In this document: piece by piece, positions 9,377 through 19,369 of the stretch
Layout: each line of letters opens with the position of its first letter
Numbering within the stretch: the first letter of the stretch is position 1
Assembly: GCA_001004665.1 (NCBI GenBank)
Contig: LCRO01000005.1
Span: 1-37,079, forward strand
Reading direction: 5' to 3'
Source of the DNA: Candidatus Adlerbacteria bacterium GW2011_GWA1_54_10
Lineage (GTDB): Bacteria; Patescibacteriota; Minisyncoccia; Phycocordibacterales; SBAW01
DNA: 37,079 nucleotides
Made by a program: the position numbers and the translations under genes
Notes under the pieces: generated by a model
Told to the model about the DNA's origin: nothing
The model's input: only the letters and a program-made list of their open reading frames with translations
Databases searched by the model: none

Positions 9377-9450
9377 TGTCGGCGGGAGGACTTGCACCTC
9401 CGACCTTGGCTTTATGAGTGCCATGCTCTAACTGCCTGAGCTACGCCGAC
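9377..9450 (-). tRNA. tRNA with CAT anticodon (elongator Met, or Ile2 if lysidine-modified)
   Basis: Reverse complement is GTCGGCG-TA-GCTC-AGGCAGTTA-GAGC-A-TGGCA-CTCATAA-AGCCA-AGGTC-GGAGG-TGCAAGT-CCTCC-CGCCGAC-A. It has an A-A mismatch at 31:39 and G at T-loop position 55. Confidence 0.7.
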
Positions 9451-9527
9451 TTGTCCGCCCGTAGCTTCATACGAAGGAGGACGTAGCTAAAAAAATACTA
9501 CATTTTTTGGATATTTGCGAACACTTG

Positions 9528-9599
9528 TTGCGGGGGCGGGATTTGCACCCGCGACCTTCAGGTTATGAGCCTGACGAGCTACTACTGCTCCACCCCGCT
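9528..9599 (-). tRNA. Initiator-like tRNA-fMet (anticodon CAT)
   Basis: The reverse complement, A-GCGGGG-TG-GAGC-AGTAGTA-GCTC-G-TCAGG-CTCATAA-CCTGA-AGGTC-GCGGG-TGCAAAT-CCCGC-CCCCGC-A-A, is nearly colinear with E. coli tRNA-fMet. The 1:72 pair is mismatched (A.A). The D-loop lacks GG and the T-loop has G at position 55. Confidence 0.75.
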
Positions 9600-9615
9600 A
9601 TTGCACGGCAGTATA

Positions 9616-10197
9616 TCAAATCGCGAGAAATTCCTCAAACACACGGCGATAGTAGTCTATCGTCGCGCGCACGTCGCGCTCGGTCAGCTGAAGAACCTCG
9701 CCCTCATGCGCGATATCATTGCGCATTTTGTGCGCCTTCCACGCGAGGTCGAGCGTTGTCATCTGCAGAGGATTGGCCATCTTTAGCTGGTCGCCCACAA
9801 CAGGGCCTGCGTAGCCCTGATTATCCAAAACATCGCCGAGCATAATATCGGCCTCGAGTATCGCTCGCCGCCAATCGCTTTGGCTGGGCGAGTCCGCAAG
9901 CAGGATAATACGCTCCCAGCGCTCGTTTTTGCCGATATTTTTCGTCCCTTGCGTCTGCGCGGACCGCAACTTCTCTTCGAACCTTTGATATCCCTCGTGC
10001 TGTACCTGCACAAGCCGGATGTTGGCGTATACGATAAGCGCGAGGAGGATCAGCGTAAGAATTATTCCAGTAATAACAATTATGCCGGCAAGCGAGGCTA
10101 TCCAACCGGGGATGTTACCAGCGTCCACGCCCGAAAAAATGTCATAGACCCGCAGGAGCAAATATTCCAGATTTAAATAGCGCACCTCTTGCATCAC
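9616..10197 (-). CDS. Membrane-anchored hypothetical protein with a C-terminal HEPN-like (DUF4145-type) R-x4-H motif
   Basis: One long TM helix (IASLAGIIVITGIILTLILLALIVY). The C-terminal helical region contains AWKAHKMRNDIAHEG, in which RNDIAH fits R-x4-H. Confidence 0.55.
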   Translation of the reverse strand: MMQEVRYLNLEYLLLRVYDIFSGVDAGNIPGWIASLAGIIVITGIILTLILLALIVYANIRLVQVQHEGYQRFEEKLRSAQTQGTKNIGKNERWERIILLADSPSQSDWRRAILEADIMLGDVLDNQGYAGPVVGDQLKMANPLQMTTLDLAWKAHKMRNDIAHEGEVLQLTERDVRATIDYYRRVFEEFLAI

Positions 10198-10198
10198 T

Positions 10199-11599
10199 TT
10201 ATTTTACCTCCTTACCGACTATAAAGAGAGCGGACTCATCCCCATGCGCGGCGGTAAACTGTATGCCGACGGGCAGACTTTTTCCCTCGCGCGCTACGAC
10301 GCCCATCGGTATTGAGATAGCGGGATTTCCGGTCAGATTCGCCGTCACGGTAAAAATATCGGACAGATAGGCGGACAGAGGATCTGATTTCCCGCCTATT
10401 TTCCATGCGGGAGTGGGCATGGTTGGAGTCGCTATAAGATCTACAGACTCTAACGCTTTTTCGAATTCCATCCGGAGTTTTGCTCTTGCGGCAACGGCTT
10501 TTTCATAGTATGCATCGTAATATCCGGACGAAAGCACATAGGTACCGAGCATGATGCGGCGGCGCACTTCCAGTCCGAAACCGGCGCCGCGTGTTTTTGC
10601 ATAGTCATCTTGTAAATTTTCTCCCCGCAGTGAAAGTCCATAGCGAACACCGTCGAACCGCGCAAGGTTAGCCGAGGCTTCCGCCGGCATGATTATGTAG
10701 TAGACGGCCAGTGCAAGCCCCGCTGACGGCAATTCAATATCCGCTATTTCGCAGCCTTTTTGCTTCAGGTCTTTGAGCGTCGCTTCGAACCGCTCCAGCA
10801 CATCCGCGTCCATCCCTTGCGCAAACAGGTGCCGCGGAACTCCGATTCGAAATTTGGAAATTGAAAATTGTGAATTGGAAATTTCTCTTGACGTGCTGTC
10901 GAGCGGATCGTGTCCGCTAATTGTATTAAAAATTAGTTCCGAGTCTTCAGCCGTTTTTGCAAGCACACCGATCTGGTCGAGCGAGGAACCCATTGCAATG
11001 AGTCCGGAGCGCGACACGGCGCCGTAGGTAGGCTTGAGTCCCACAACGCCACAAAAGCTCGCAGGGTCGCGGACAGAGCCGCCGGTATCCGACCCTAAGG
11101 CTCCAAGAGCCATGTGCGTCGCCACGGCGGCGGCGGAGCCGCCGGAGGAGCCGCCCGCGACACGCGAGGCGTCATGGGGATTCCTGGCCGGTCCGAAAGC
11201 GGAATTCTCATTGCTGCCGCCCATGGCAAACTCGTCGCAGTTGGTGCGGCCAAGAAATACCGCGCCCGCATCCCTCAATTTTTTTATCACTGTCGCGTCA
11301 TAGGTCGCGATATAGTTCTCGAGCATCTTGCTCGCCGCCGACGCGCGCCGCCCCTCTATCAAAATGTTGTCTTTGACCGCAAGCGGAATGCCGAGCAGGG
11401 CATGATTCTCGCCGCTTGCGCGTCGCACGTCGGCGGCTTGCGCTTGTTCCTTTGCATCGCTAAAAACCTCCAAATATGCATTCAACTCCGGATTATTTTT
11501 TTCTATTTCCTCAAGGCACGCACCCGTAAGCTCCACCGCAGAAATTTCTTTTTTCCGCAATTTATCCGCGGCTTCCGTTATGGAAAGCTCATTCAGCAT
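10199..11599 (-). CDS. gatA: Asp-tRNA(Asn)/Glu-tRNA(Gln) amidotransferase subunit A
   Basis: Amidase signature GGSSGGSAAAVA, a KDN motif (LAVKDNI), 466 aa, and it lies immediately downstream of gatC with an 11-nt overlap. Confidence 0.95.
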   Translation of the reverse strand: MLNELSITEAADKLRKKEISAVELTGACLEEIEKNNPELNAYLEVFSDAKEQAQAADVRRASGENHALLGIPLAVKDNILIEGRRASAASKMLENYIATYDATVIKKLRDAGAVFLGRTNCDEFAMGGSNENSAFGPARNPHDASRVAGGSSGGSAAAVATHMALGALGSDTGGSVRDPASFCGVVGLKPTYGAVSRSGLIAMGSSLDQIGVLAKTAEDSELIFNTISGHDPLDSTSREISNSQFSISKFRIGVPRHLFAQGMDADVLERFEATLKDLKQKGCEIADIELPSAGLALAVYYIIMPAEASANLARFDGVRYGLSLRGENLQDDYAKTRGAGFGLEVRRRIMLGTYVLSSGYYDAYYEKAVAARAKLRMEFEKALESVDLIATPTMPTPAWKIGGKSDPLSAYLSDIFTVTANLTGNPAISIPMGVVAREGKSLPVGIQFTAAHGDESALFIVGKEVK

Positions 11600-11921
11600 C
11601 TTTTTGTATTACCTTTCGCACGACGGCAAAATCGCCATACCGTTTGGGCAAGGCCGCCAGCAAAGCCTCTCTTTTTCCGGAAATAGGCGTGTTTTCGTAT
11701 AAAACATCCTCCCGCATCACATTCTTAAGCAAGCAAGGCGAAACCTTGCTATCAGACAGCAAGGTTTCGCCTTGCTTGGATCCTTGACCCGATACCGCGC
11801 TAATCTGCCCAACATAGTCAAGAATGCTCGATATATCCTTTTGAAGATTCTCTTCCTCTGCTTCAGTCAATTTGAGCCTTGCCAATTGCGCCAAGTTGCG
11901 TATCTCCTCCCTCGAAATCAT
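11589..11921 (-). CDS. gatC: Asp-tRNA(Asn)/Glu-tRNA(Gln) amidotransferase subunit C, with an internal extra segment
   Basis: ISREEIRNLAQLARLKLTEAEEENLQKDISSILDYVGQI and NVMREDV are typical of GatC. At 110 aa it is longer than usual, and the extra segment coincides with a perfect DNA palindrome. Confidence 0.85.
   Translation of the reverse strand: MISREEIRNLAQLARLKLTEAEEENLQKDISSILDYVGQISAVSGQGSKQGETLLSDSKVSPCLLKNVMREDVLYENTPISGKREALLAALPKRYGDFAVVRKVIQKDAE
11730..11778. repeat. Perfect 21-bp inverted repeat with a 7-nt loop, inside the gatC coding sequence
   Basis: CAAGCAAGGCGAAACCTTGCT (11730-11750), loop ATCAGAC, then AGCAAGGTTTCGCCTTGCTTG (11758-11778). The arms are exact reverse complements. 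Confidence 0.95.
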
Positions 11922-11935
11922 CCTACAATAGTAGC

Positions 11936-13995
<2,060 letters not shown>

Positions 13996-14018
13996 TCGGA
14001 GACCGCAATACCCGCAGG

Positions 14019-14480
14019 TTAGTAGTGTACTTGGAGTGCGCGCTCAATGCGTGCGGTGCCTGTCGCACAGGTGTTGCGCCCGTAGGATGTTACTGTTGTC
14101 TGCGGAGGATTTCCGCTTTTTGCCAGGGTTACGGTAACGCAGGATGATTGTGGCGCGAGGGTTAATGAAAACGTTGTTGTTGCGGCGCTCGCATTCGACT
14201 CTATGGTCCACGAGGAGCTGACGGTCTGTCCGTTGCATACCACACCCGAGCCCCAGACGCCGCCGCTCGAAGTGCCGAAGGCGCTCCCTTGCCCGCCGTA
14301 TTTATTGTCCCAGTAAAGTGCGCATTCCGCGCCGGAGTCGGCGGCGTAAATGGCGTACTGTGATTGCGTTGCGGTTGCGGAAAGATCAAGTTCCCGCACC
14401 GTAAGGTCGTAAATCGCAAGTCCTATGCTTAAAGCAAGCGCTCCGACAAGCATCGCAAAAAATATAGTGAATCCTTTCAT
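14019..14480 (-). CDS. Pilin-like protein with a degenerate class III signal (no Glu at +5); putative minor pilin or PilX-like
   Basis: The N-terminus MKGFTIFFAMLVGALAL resembles the prepilin G/F junction but has F where E5 is expected. It is the last gene of the minor pilin run. Confidence 0.5.
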   Translation of the reverse strand: MKGFTIFFAMLVGALALSIGLAIYDLTVRELDLSATATQSQYAIYAADSGAECALYWDNKYGGQGSAFGTSSGGVWGSGVVCNGQTVSSSWTIESNASAATTTFSLTLAPQSSCVTVTLAKSGNPPQTTVTSYGRNTCATGTARIERALQVHY

Positions 14481-14481
14481 G

Positions 14482-15078
14482 TTATTGCCAATTCGTTATA
14501 TGCTCGCGCACGGTGACAGAGCGCGTTAAGAGGCCCTGGTCCTGCCAGGCAACCGTTACCGTGAGCGCCGCCTCGCCCGCGCTCCCGCTTACCGGCGTCT
14601 CAATCTTGACAGTGCGAGTAAATTTCTGCGGGGTTTGCACGCCAGTGTCGTAATTATAAGCGCGCGTCGAAGGATCATATTTCATTGCGCCGCATGCACC
14701 GCCGCAGGAGAAAACGCCTGTCTGCATGGAATCGAAATAGCACAATGCCGATCCGTCGGTGCTTACGCACGGGGTTAGGACAACACCTCCGGTGCCGCCG
14801 GCAAGCCAATCGTAATTATTGGGATTAAGCCTGTTGGTCGCGCGGGCAAACTGCACGAATTCCACGGCGTCTTGTGCGAGAAAAAAAGCAGTTACCTGGT
14901 CCCTTGCGACGAGCGCGCCTTGGAAGCCTTGCGCCGCTATGGAAAGCGGGCCTGTTATGGCACCGGTTAAAAGCAGAACAGATACTAGCGCCTCTATCAA
15001 ACTAAATCCTCTCAAGGGCGATGTTTTGGAGAGCCTGTCTTTAAGGCGTCGCGTTGTTTTAAAGAATTTACTGATCAT
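14482..15078 (-). CDS. Prepilin-type N-terminal cleavage/methylation domain protein (minor pilin)
   Basis: Contains ...SPLRG/FSLIEALVSVLLLTG. The leader is unusually long (about 24 aa) if the annotated start is used. Confidence 0.75.
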   Translation of the reverse strand: MISKFFKTTRRLKDRLSKTSPLRGFSLIEALVSVLLLTGAITGPLSIAAQGFQGALVARDQVTAFFLAQDAVEFVQFARATNRLNPNNYDWLAGGTGGVVLTPCVSTDGSALCYFDSMQTGVFSCGGACGAMKYDPSTRAYNYDTGVQTPQKFTRTVKIETPVSGSAGEAALTVTVAWQDQGLLTRSVTVREHITNWQ

Positions 15079-15616
15079 AAAGCCTTTGGGTTACGCTAGT
15101 CTCCAGATTGAATCCCGACGAGGAATCGGCATCTATCTGGACCGAGCCGGAGAGCAGAATGGTCACTTTGGGCTGAATCGCCGCTGACTCCGCGCCAGTA
15201 ACATAGAATAGAAGGCCCGATATTGAAACCTCGGGCGAGGTTATCTGCGAATAGGCTCCGCCGTTAACGGAGCGCAGAATCGCCGCGCCGCTCGAACTGC
15301 ATGAGCTCCCTTCCCCCCGGCAATAGACAATCTGCTGACGGTCGGCGTCGAGGAATGCGAGAGAGGTCGCTCCAGAATTGCAGTCGCGCGGCGATGTTAT
15401 AGGATTCGCATTAATATCGCAGTGATAGACAAAACCGGTACGTATCGTGCGCGACATGCTCTCGAGCGAGAAATTCAGGTTATTGACGGCAACTTTGAGG
15501 GTCTGCGCCCTGCGGTCGCTCTCGGTCATTATAAGGAGCGCGCTCAATGCCATAGTCATTACCACGGTAAATATCGCGACCGACACCAGCATTTCGATCA
15601 GGGTAAAGCCTTTCAT
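15068..15616 (-). CDS. Prepilin-type N-terminal cleavage/methylation domain protein (minor pilin)
   Basis: N-terminus MKG/FTLIEMLVSVAIFTVVM. Confidence 0.85.
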   Translation of the reverse strand: MKGFTLIEMLVSVAIFTVVMTMALSALLIMTESDRRAQTLKVAVNNLNFSLESMSRTIRTGFVYHCDINANPITSPRDCNSGATSLAFLDADRQQIVYCRGEGSSCSSSGAAILRSVNGGAYSQITSPEVSISGLLFYVTGAESAAIQPKVTILLSGSVQIDADSSSGFNLETSVTQRLYDQ

Positions 15617-16251
15617 ATTCCTAATGCGCCGACTGATATCTGTCCGGTATTGGTTACGGTAACTCTGCGAGTCGTTCCATCCAGCCCCTGCAGTTGAACG
15701 TACGCGCTTGAATAATTCTCCCCCGATTGGCTGGAGGAAAAAAGAGCATCGGGATTTGGGCGCTTAAAGTACACCGCAAGCCACGTTAGCGGCGCCTCGC
15801 TGTCGCTGCATCGCTCGCCGCCGCTCGTGATGGCTGCACAGAACTTTTTTATGGAAAAGCCGTTGCGTATCACGTAAGCCGGCAAGTCTTCGCTACCGTC
15901 CGGAGCCCGCGAGCCGTCATTATTGATATCCGCAAAAAGGTAGTAGCGCCCCGTGTCTCCCGAACCGAAGTACACCCCGTAGCTCTTGCCGAACTGCCCG
16001 CTGCCCGCCGCGCTCTCACGGACGGATGTGCCGTACACTTGAGCCTGCCTGAAGGTAAGCGCCACACTGTAGGAAAGAGAGCGCAGAAGTGTCGAGGAAG
16101 AGAAACGTTCTTGCCGAAAAAGAAGGAGAGCCGTAATGACGGTAATGATGGCGAATACTATGGTCAGCTCTATTATGGTAAACCCCCTAAAAGAGTGACG
16201 GGAGCGATGGGAAGAAATCAACATGGAAAAAGTGAACGGCCGCGGCTCCAA
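15613..16251 (-). CDS. Prepilin-type N-terminal cleavage/methylation domain protein (minor pilin)
   Basis: Contains ...SFRG/FTIIELTIVFAIITVI. The annotated start overlaps the pilD 3' end by 65 nt, and a later start (ATG at 16224) is possible. Confidence 0.7.
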   Translation of the reverse strand: MEPRPFTFSMLISSHRSRHSFRGFTIIELTIVFAIITVITALLLFRQERFSSSTLLRSLSYSVALTFRQAQVYGTSVRESAAGSGQFGKSYGVYFGSGDTGRYYLFADINNDGSRAPDGSEDLPAYVIRNGFSIKKFCAAITSGGERCSDSEAPLTWLAVYFKRPNPDALFSSSQSGENYSSAYVQLQGLDGTTRRVTVTNTGQISVGALGI

Positions 16252-16930
16252 GGATAAGGAACGGCGCGAGCGGTACCTCGCTCTTCATTGTATATCGTTT
16301 TTGGCTTAGCAGGAGGGCGATACCAACAACGCCGCCCGTCCAGAATGCGAGCATAAGCGCGGTGAGCCCTGCGGAGAGGCCGAGGAGCCATCCGAGAGAC
16401 AGTTCCAGAAAACCATCCCCAAACCCCATAGCGCGGCCGCGGGAGAGTAGAGACGCTACAAAAAGCGGTGCAGAGAGCATAATACCGGAAAAGAAAGTCC
16501 CCTGCATTGCCGCAAAGCCGAGCGCCAGAGCGCCAAGCGGCAAAAAGGCGGACGCGGAAATAATTTTATACCGCGTGTCGTATGCGGCGATGAACAAAAG
16601 TATCATCCAAACTAACAGCCAAAAACTAAAAACTAAAAACCCCGGATGCTGCAGGTAAATAAGCAAAGCGAGAACTGCGGCGGCGATTTCTACAACAGGG
16701 TATTGGAAAGAAATGTGCGAGCGGCAATAACGGCATTTGCCGCGCAAAAATACATAAGAGAAGACCGGCACAAGATCGCCTGCGCGTAAAGCAGTTTTGC
16801 AGTGCTGGCATTGCGAGCGGCCGCGCAGCGAGGATTTTCCCGTGCCGAACCTGAACAGAACCACGTTAAGATAACTCCCGAGCGCCGCTCCAAAGACAGC
16901 AGAAAGCGCCGCAAAAAACGTGGGCGTCAC
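16187..16930 (-). CDS. pilD: Prepilin peptidase (A24 family)
   Basis: Cys cluster CQHCKT...CRYCRS, multiple TM helices, and Asp-containing motifs AAYDTRYKII and AMGFGDG. Confidence 0.9.
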   Translation of the reverse strand: MTPTFFAALSAVFGAALGSYLNVVLFRFGTGKSSLRGRSQCQHCKTALRAGDLVPVFSYVFLRGKCRYCRSHISFQYPVVEIAAAVLALLIYLQHPGFLVFSFWLLVWMILLFIAAYDTRYKIISASAFLPLGALALGFAAMQGTFFSGIMLSAPLFVASLLSRGRAMGFGDGFLELSLGWLLGLSAGLTALMLAFWTGGVVGIALLLSQKRYTMKSEVPLAPFLILGAAAVHFFHVDFFPSLPSLF

Positions 16931-17493
16931 GGTCTAAGGTCGTAGCAGGAGTCTGGAGCGGCTGGAGAAGTGCCGACGCATCCCTGCGCGTTGCCGTCGA
17001 AGGTGGGATTCGGGACGCCGGTAGTGCACGCGGTATATCCGGAAATAGTCGCAGAAGTATCGAGATCCTGTGCAAGATAGGTGTTTACCGTATCTTCGAT
17101 GGGCGCGCCGATATGATAAGTTACCGGGGGCATGCCCGCATTACAGACGCTGGAGCCGGTACCGGACTTGAAAGAGATGTATTTATAGCAAGCGGCTTCA
17201 GCGCCAGTGCACGCGCCGCTCTGGTTCGGGTCAGTGGGCACGCGGGGCAGGTAGGTTGGGGCGAGTCCCGAGTCCGGAGCCGAGGCGCCGCTGCCGTAAA
17301 TATTTTTGGGGTACATTCCGTTGTCTGTGTAATACATCCTAAGCGAAACTTCTATGGTTTTTATGTCGGCGATGCGGCGCGCATCGCGGCCTTTGGCGCG
17401 GGCACTTGTAAGCGAGACCGTAACGATGGAAGCAAGCAGACCGATTATGGCGACGACGACCAGTAATTCTATCAAGGTAAATCCTCGACGCAT
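16927..17493 (-). CDS. Type IV pilin (major pilin paralogue 2)
   Basis: N-terminus [45 protein letters not shown], with several Cys in the C-terminal part. Confidence 0.9.
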   Translation of the reverse strand: MRRGFTLIELLVVVAIIGLLASIVTVSLTSARAKGRDARRIADIKTIEVSLRMYYTDNGMYPKNIYGSGASAPDSGLAPTYLPRVPTDPNQSGACTGAEAACYKYISFKSGTGSSVCNAGMPPVTYHIGAPIEDTVNTYLAQDLDTSATISGYTACTTGVPNPTFDGNAQGCVGTSPAAPDSCYDLRP

Positions 17494-17524
17494 AAAGAAG
17501 ACATTTTACAGTATACCCCAATTT

Positions 17525-17554
17525 AAAATCCCCGGCAGAAATGCCGGGGATTTT
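17525..17554 (-). terminator. Intrinsic terminator (symmetric, potentially bidirectional) after the first pilin gene
   Basis: AAAATCCCCGGCA-GAAA-TGCCGGGGATTTT forms a 9-10 bp GC-rich stem with a U-run on either strand. It starts 22 nt downstream of the pilin stop codon. Confidence 0.65.
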
Positions 17555-17575
17555 ATGGAAAACCAGCTTTCGGAA

Positions 17576-18094
17576 TCAGTTGCAGTGCGTGGCGTCGTCC
17601 TGGAATATGGTGGTGTCAATGCTGCTGATGCAGATTTTCCCCGTGGTTAGCGTGCCGCTGCCGGCCTCGAGATAACTCCTTATTTGCCAGTTTTGCGTGG
17701 TCGCGCCGGCGGAGCCGTCGGACTTGCTAACGGAATATTGGCAGGTAGCGGCCGAGGTGCCGTCGCACGCCGCGCCGGCAACGCCCGCTGACGGGTCCGC
17801 GAAACTCGTAAGATTCGGGGTAGTGCAGGTATTGGCCTTGGCGTTGGCCGCCGTACAGCCCGCAAAAGCGATCGCCGGATCGGCATCCGCTATCGCTATA
17901 GCACGGACCATTTCCTGAAGCTCGGCAACGCGGCGCGCATCGCGGCCCTTGGCGCGGGCGCTGTTTAGTGAGACAAGCACGACTGAAGCGAGGATGCCTA
18001 TAATAGCAATGACGACCAAGAGCTCAATGAGCGTAAAGCCCTTGGCCATAGCCGAACGGGCAAGGCTCCGCGTAAACTTTTTATGCATAATCAC
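17576..18094 (-). CDS. Type IV pilin (major pilin paralogue 1)
   Basis: Contains ...[45 protein letters not shown]. An alternative start at 18049 would give the short leader MAKG. A terminator follows the gene. Confidence 0.9.
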   Translation of the reverse strand: MIMHKKFTRSLARSAMAKGFTLIELLVVIAIIGILASVVLVSLNSARAKGRDARRVAELQEMVRAIAIADADPAIAFAGCTAANAKANTCTTPNLTSFADPSAGVAGAACDGTSAATCQYSVSKSDGSAGATTQNWQIRSYLEAGSGTLTTGKICISSIDTTIFQDDATHCN

Positions 18095-18119
18095 CGTAAG
18101 TTAATAATTATTAAAATGC

Positions 18120-19331
18120 TTATAAGGCACTCGCTGTATTATAAATAGGCATCAGCACCGCCGCAAGCAGGAAACCCACACCCAGCGCAAGAACGACTAT
18201 GAGAGCCGGCTCTATCATGGAAACCAGCGTGTCGACCGCCGCCGTAACCTCTCGGTTATAGAATTTGGCCAGCCTCTCGAGTATATTGCCCATCTCGCCC
18301 GTCTCTTCGCCGATCTTCAGCATCTGGACGAAAATCGGCGGCATCTCGCCATGCCGCGCGAGCGACTGCGACAGTGCGGTGCCGCTTTTGACTTCCTCGA
18401 CGGCCTCGCGCAATAAGGCCTCGTAAGTCGCGTCCCCAACCACATCCGCGCTTATCTCGAGCGCTCTCACGGCCGCTATTCCGGAGGTGAGCATTACGTG
18501 CATGTTGTCGGCTATGCGGGCCAGATACAGCTTTTGATAAAGCGAGCCGATATACGGGACGGACAGCTTAAAGCGCGACACTGCGAGAGACCCCTGCCCG
18601 CTCTGCGCATAGCGGAACAGAAAATAAATCCCAACCACGGCCGCGATAAGTAGAAAAATCCCGTAGTCGACCAAAAAGCCGCTAAGGTTCAGTATCGCCT
18701 GCGTGTAGAACGGAAGCTTCTGCCCAGAGTCGCTTAGTATATCGCCTATTTTGGGGATGACCACAGTGAGCATGAGAGTCATAACCGCGACAAAGGTAAC
18801 AAGAATGAAAGACGGATATATAAGTGCGTTGCGCGCCTTGGAAGTAAGCTCGTAGGAACGCTCGATATAGTCGGCCAAAAAGAGAAAAGTCTGGTCGAGC
18901 TTGCCGGACTCCTCGCCGGCCTTGACCATGTTCACGTAAAAGTGCGAGAAGATTTTTGGATGCTTTTCGAGTGATTTCGAGATGGATGTGCCGCCCTGCA
19001 GGTCGTCGGCGACAATAGTGAGAGTCTCGCGCAGATAGGGTTTTTGCGCCTGCTCTGCAAGAAGACGGAAAATGCGCAATGCCGAGACCTGCGCCTCAAA
19101 GAGCGTTGCTATCTGGCGCGAGAGCAGAGTAAGTTCGCGGCCGGACACCCCGCCTAAAAAAGAGACTTTTTGCAGTCTCTCCAAGAGACTTCCGCCCTCC
19201 GATCCCGAGATAGAGGTTATGGTCAGCCCGCGGCGCTGGAGCGAGGCTATGGCCGTGTCCTGCGTCGCAGCCGCTATCACTCCGGCAGTCGCTTTTCCTT
19301 GATTGTCCAGCGCTTCGTACTTGAATTCCAT
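18120..19331 (-). CDS. pilC: Type IV pilus assembly platform protein (GspF/PilC family)
   Basis: 403 aa with two GspF-type repeats, 3 TM helices and typical motifs (FYVNMVKAGEESGKLD, FVQMLKIGEETGEM). Confidence 0.92.
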   Translation of the reverse strand: MEFKYEALDNQGKATAGVIAAATQDTAIASLQRRGLTITSISGSEGGSLLERLQKVSFLGGVSGRELTLLSRQIATLFEAQVSALRIFRLLAEQAQKPYLRETLTIVADDLQGGTSISKSLEKHPKIFSHFYVNMVKAGEESGKLDQTFLFLADYIERSYELTSKARNALIYPSFILVTFVAVMTLMLTVVIPKIGDILSDSGQKLPFYTQAILNLSGFLVDYGIFLLIAAVVGIYFLFRYAQSGQGSLAVSRFKLSVPYIGSLYQKLYLARIADNMHVMLTSGIAAVRALEISADVVGDATYEALLREAVEEVKSGTALSQSLARHGEMPPIFVQMLKIGEETGEMGNILERLAKFYNREVTAAVDTLVSMIEPALIVVLALGVGFLLAAVLMPIYNTASAL

Positions 19332-19369
19332 GTTCTAGAGAGTGAGCGAAATAAAGTTTACTTTTACTT

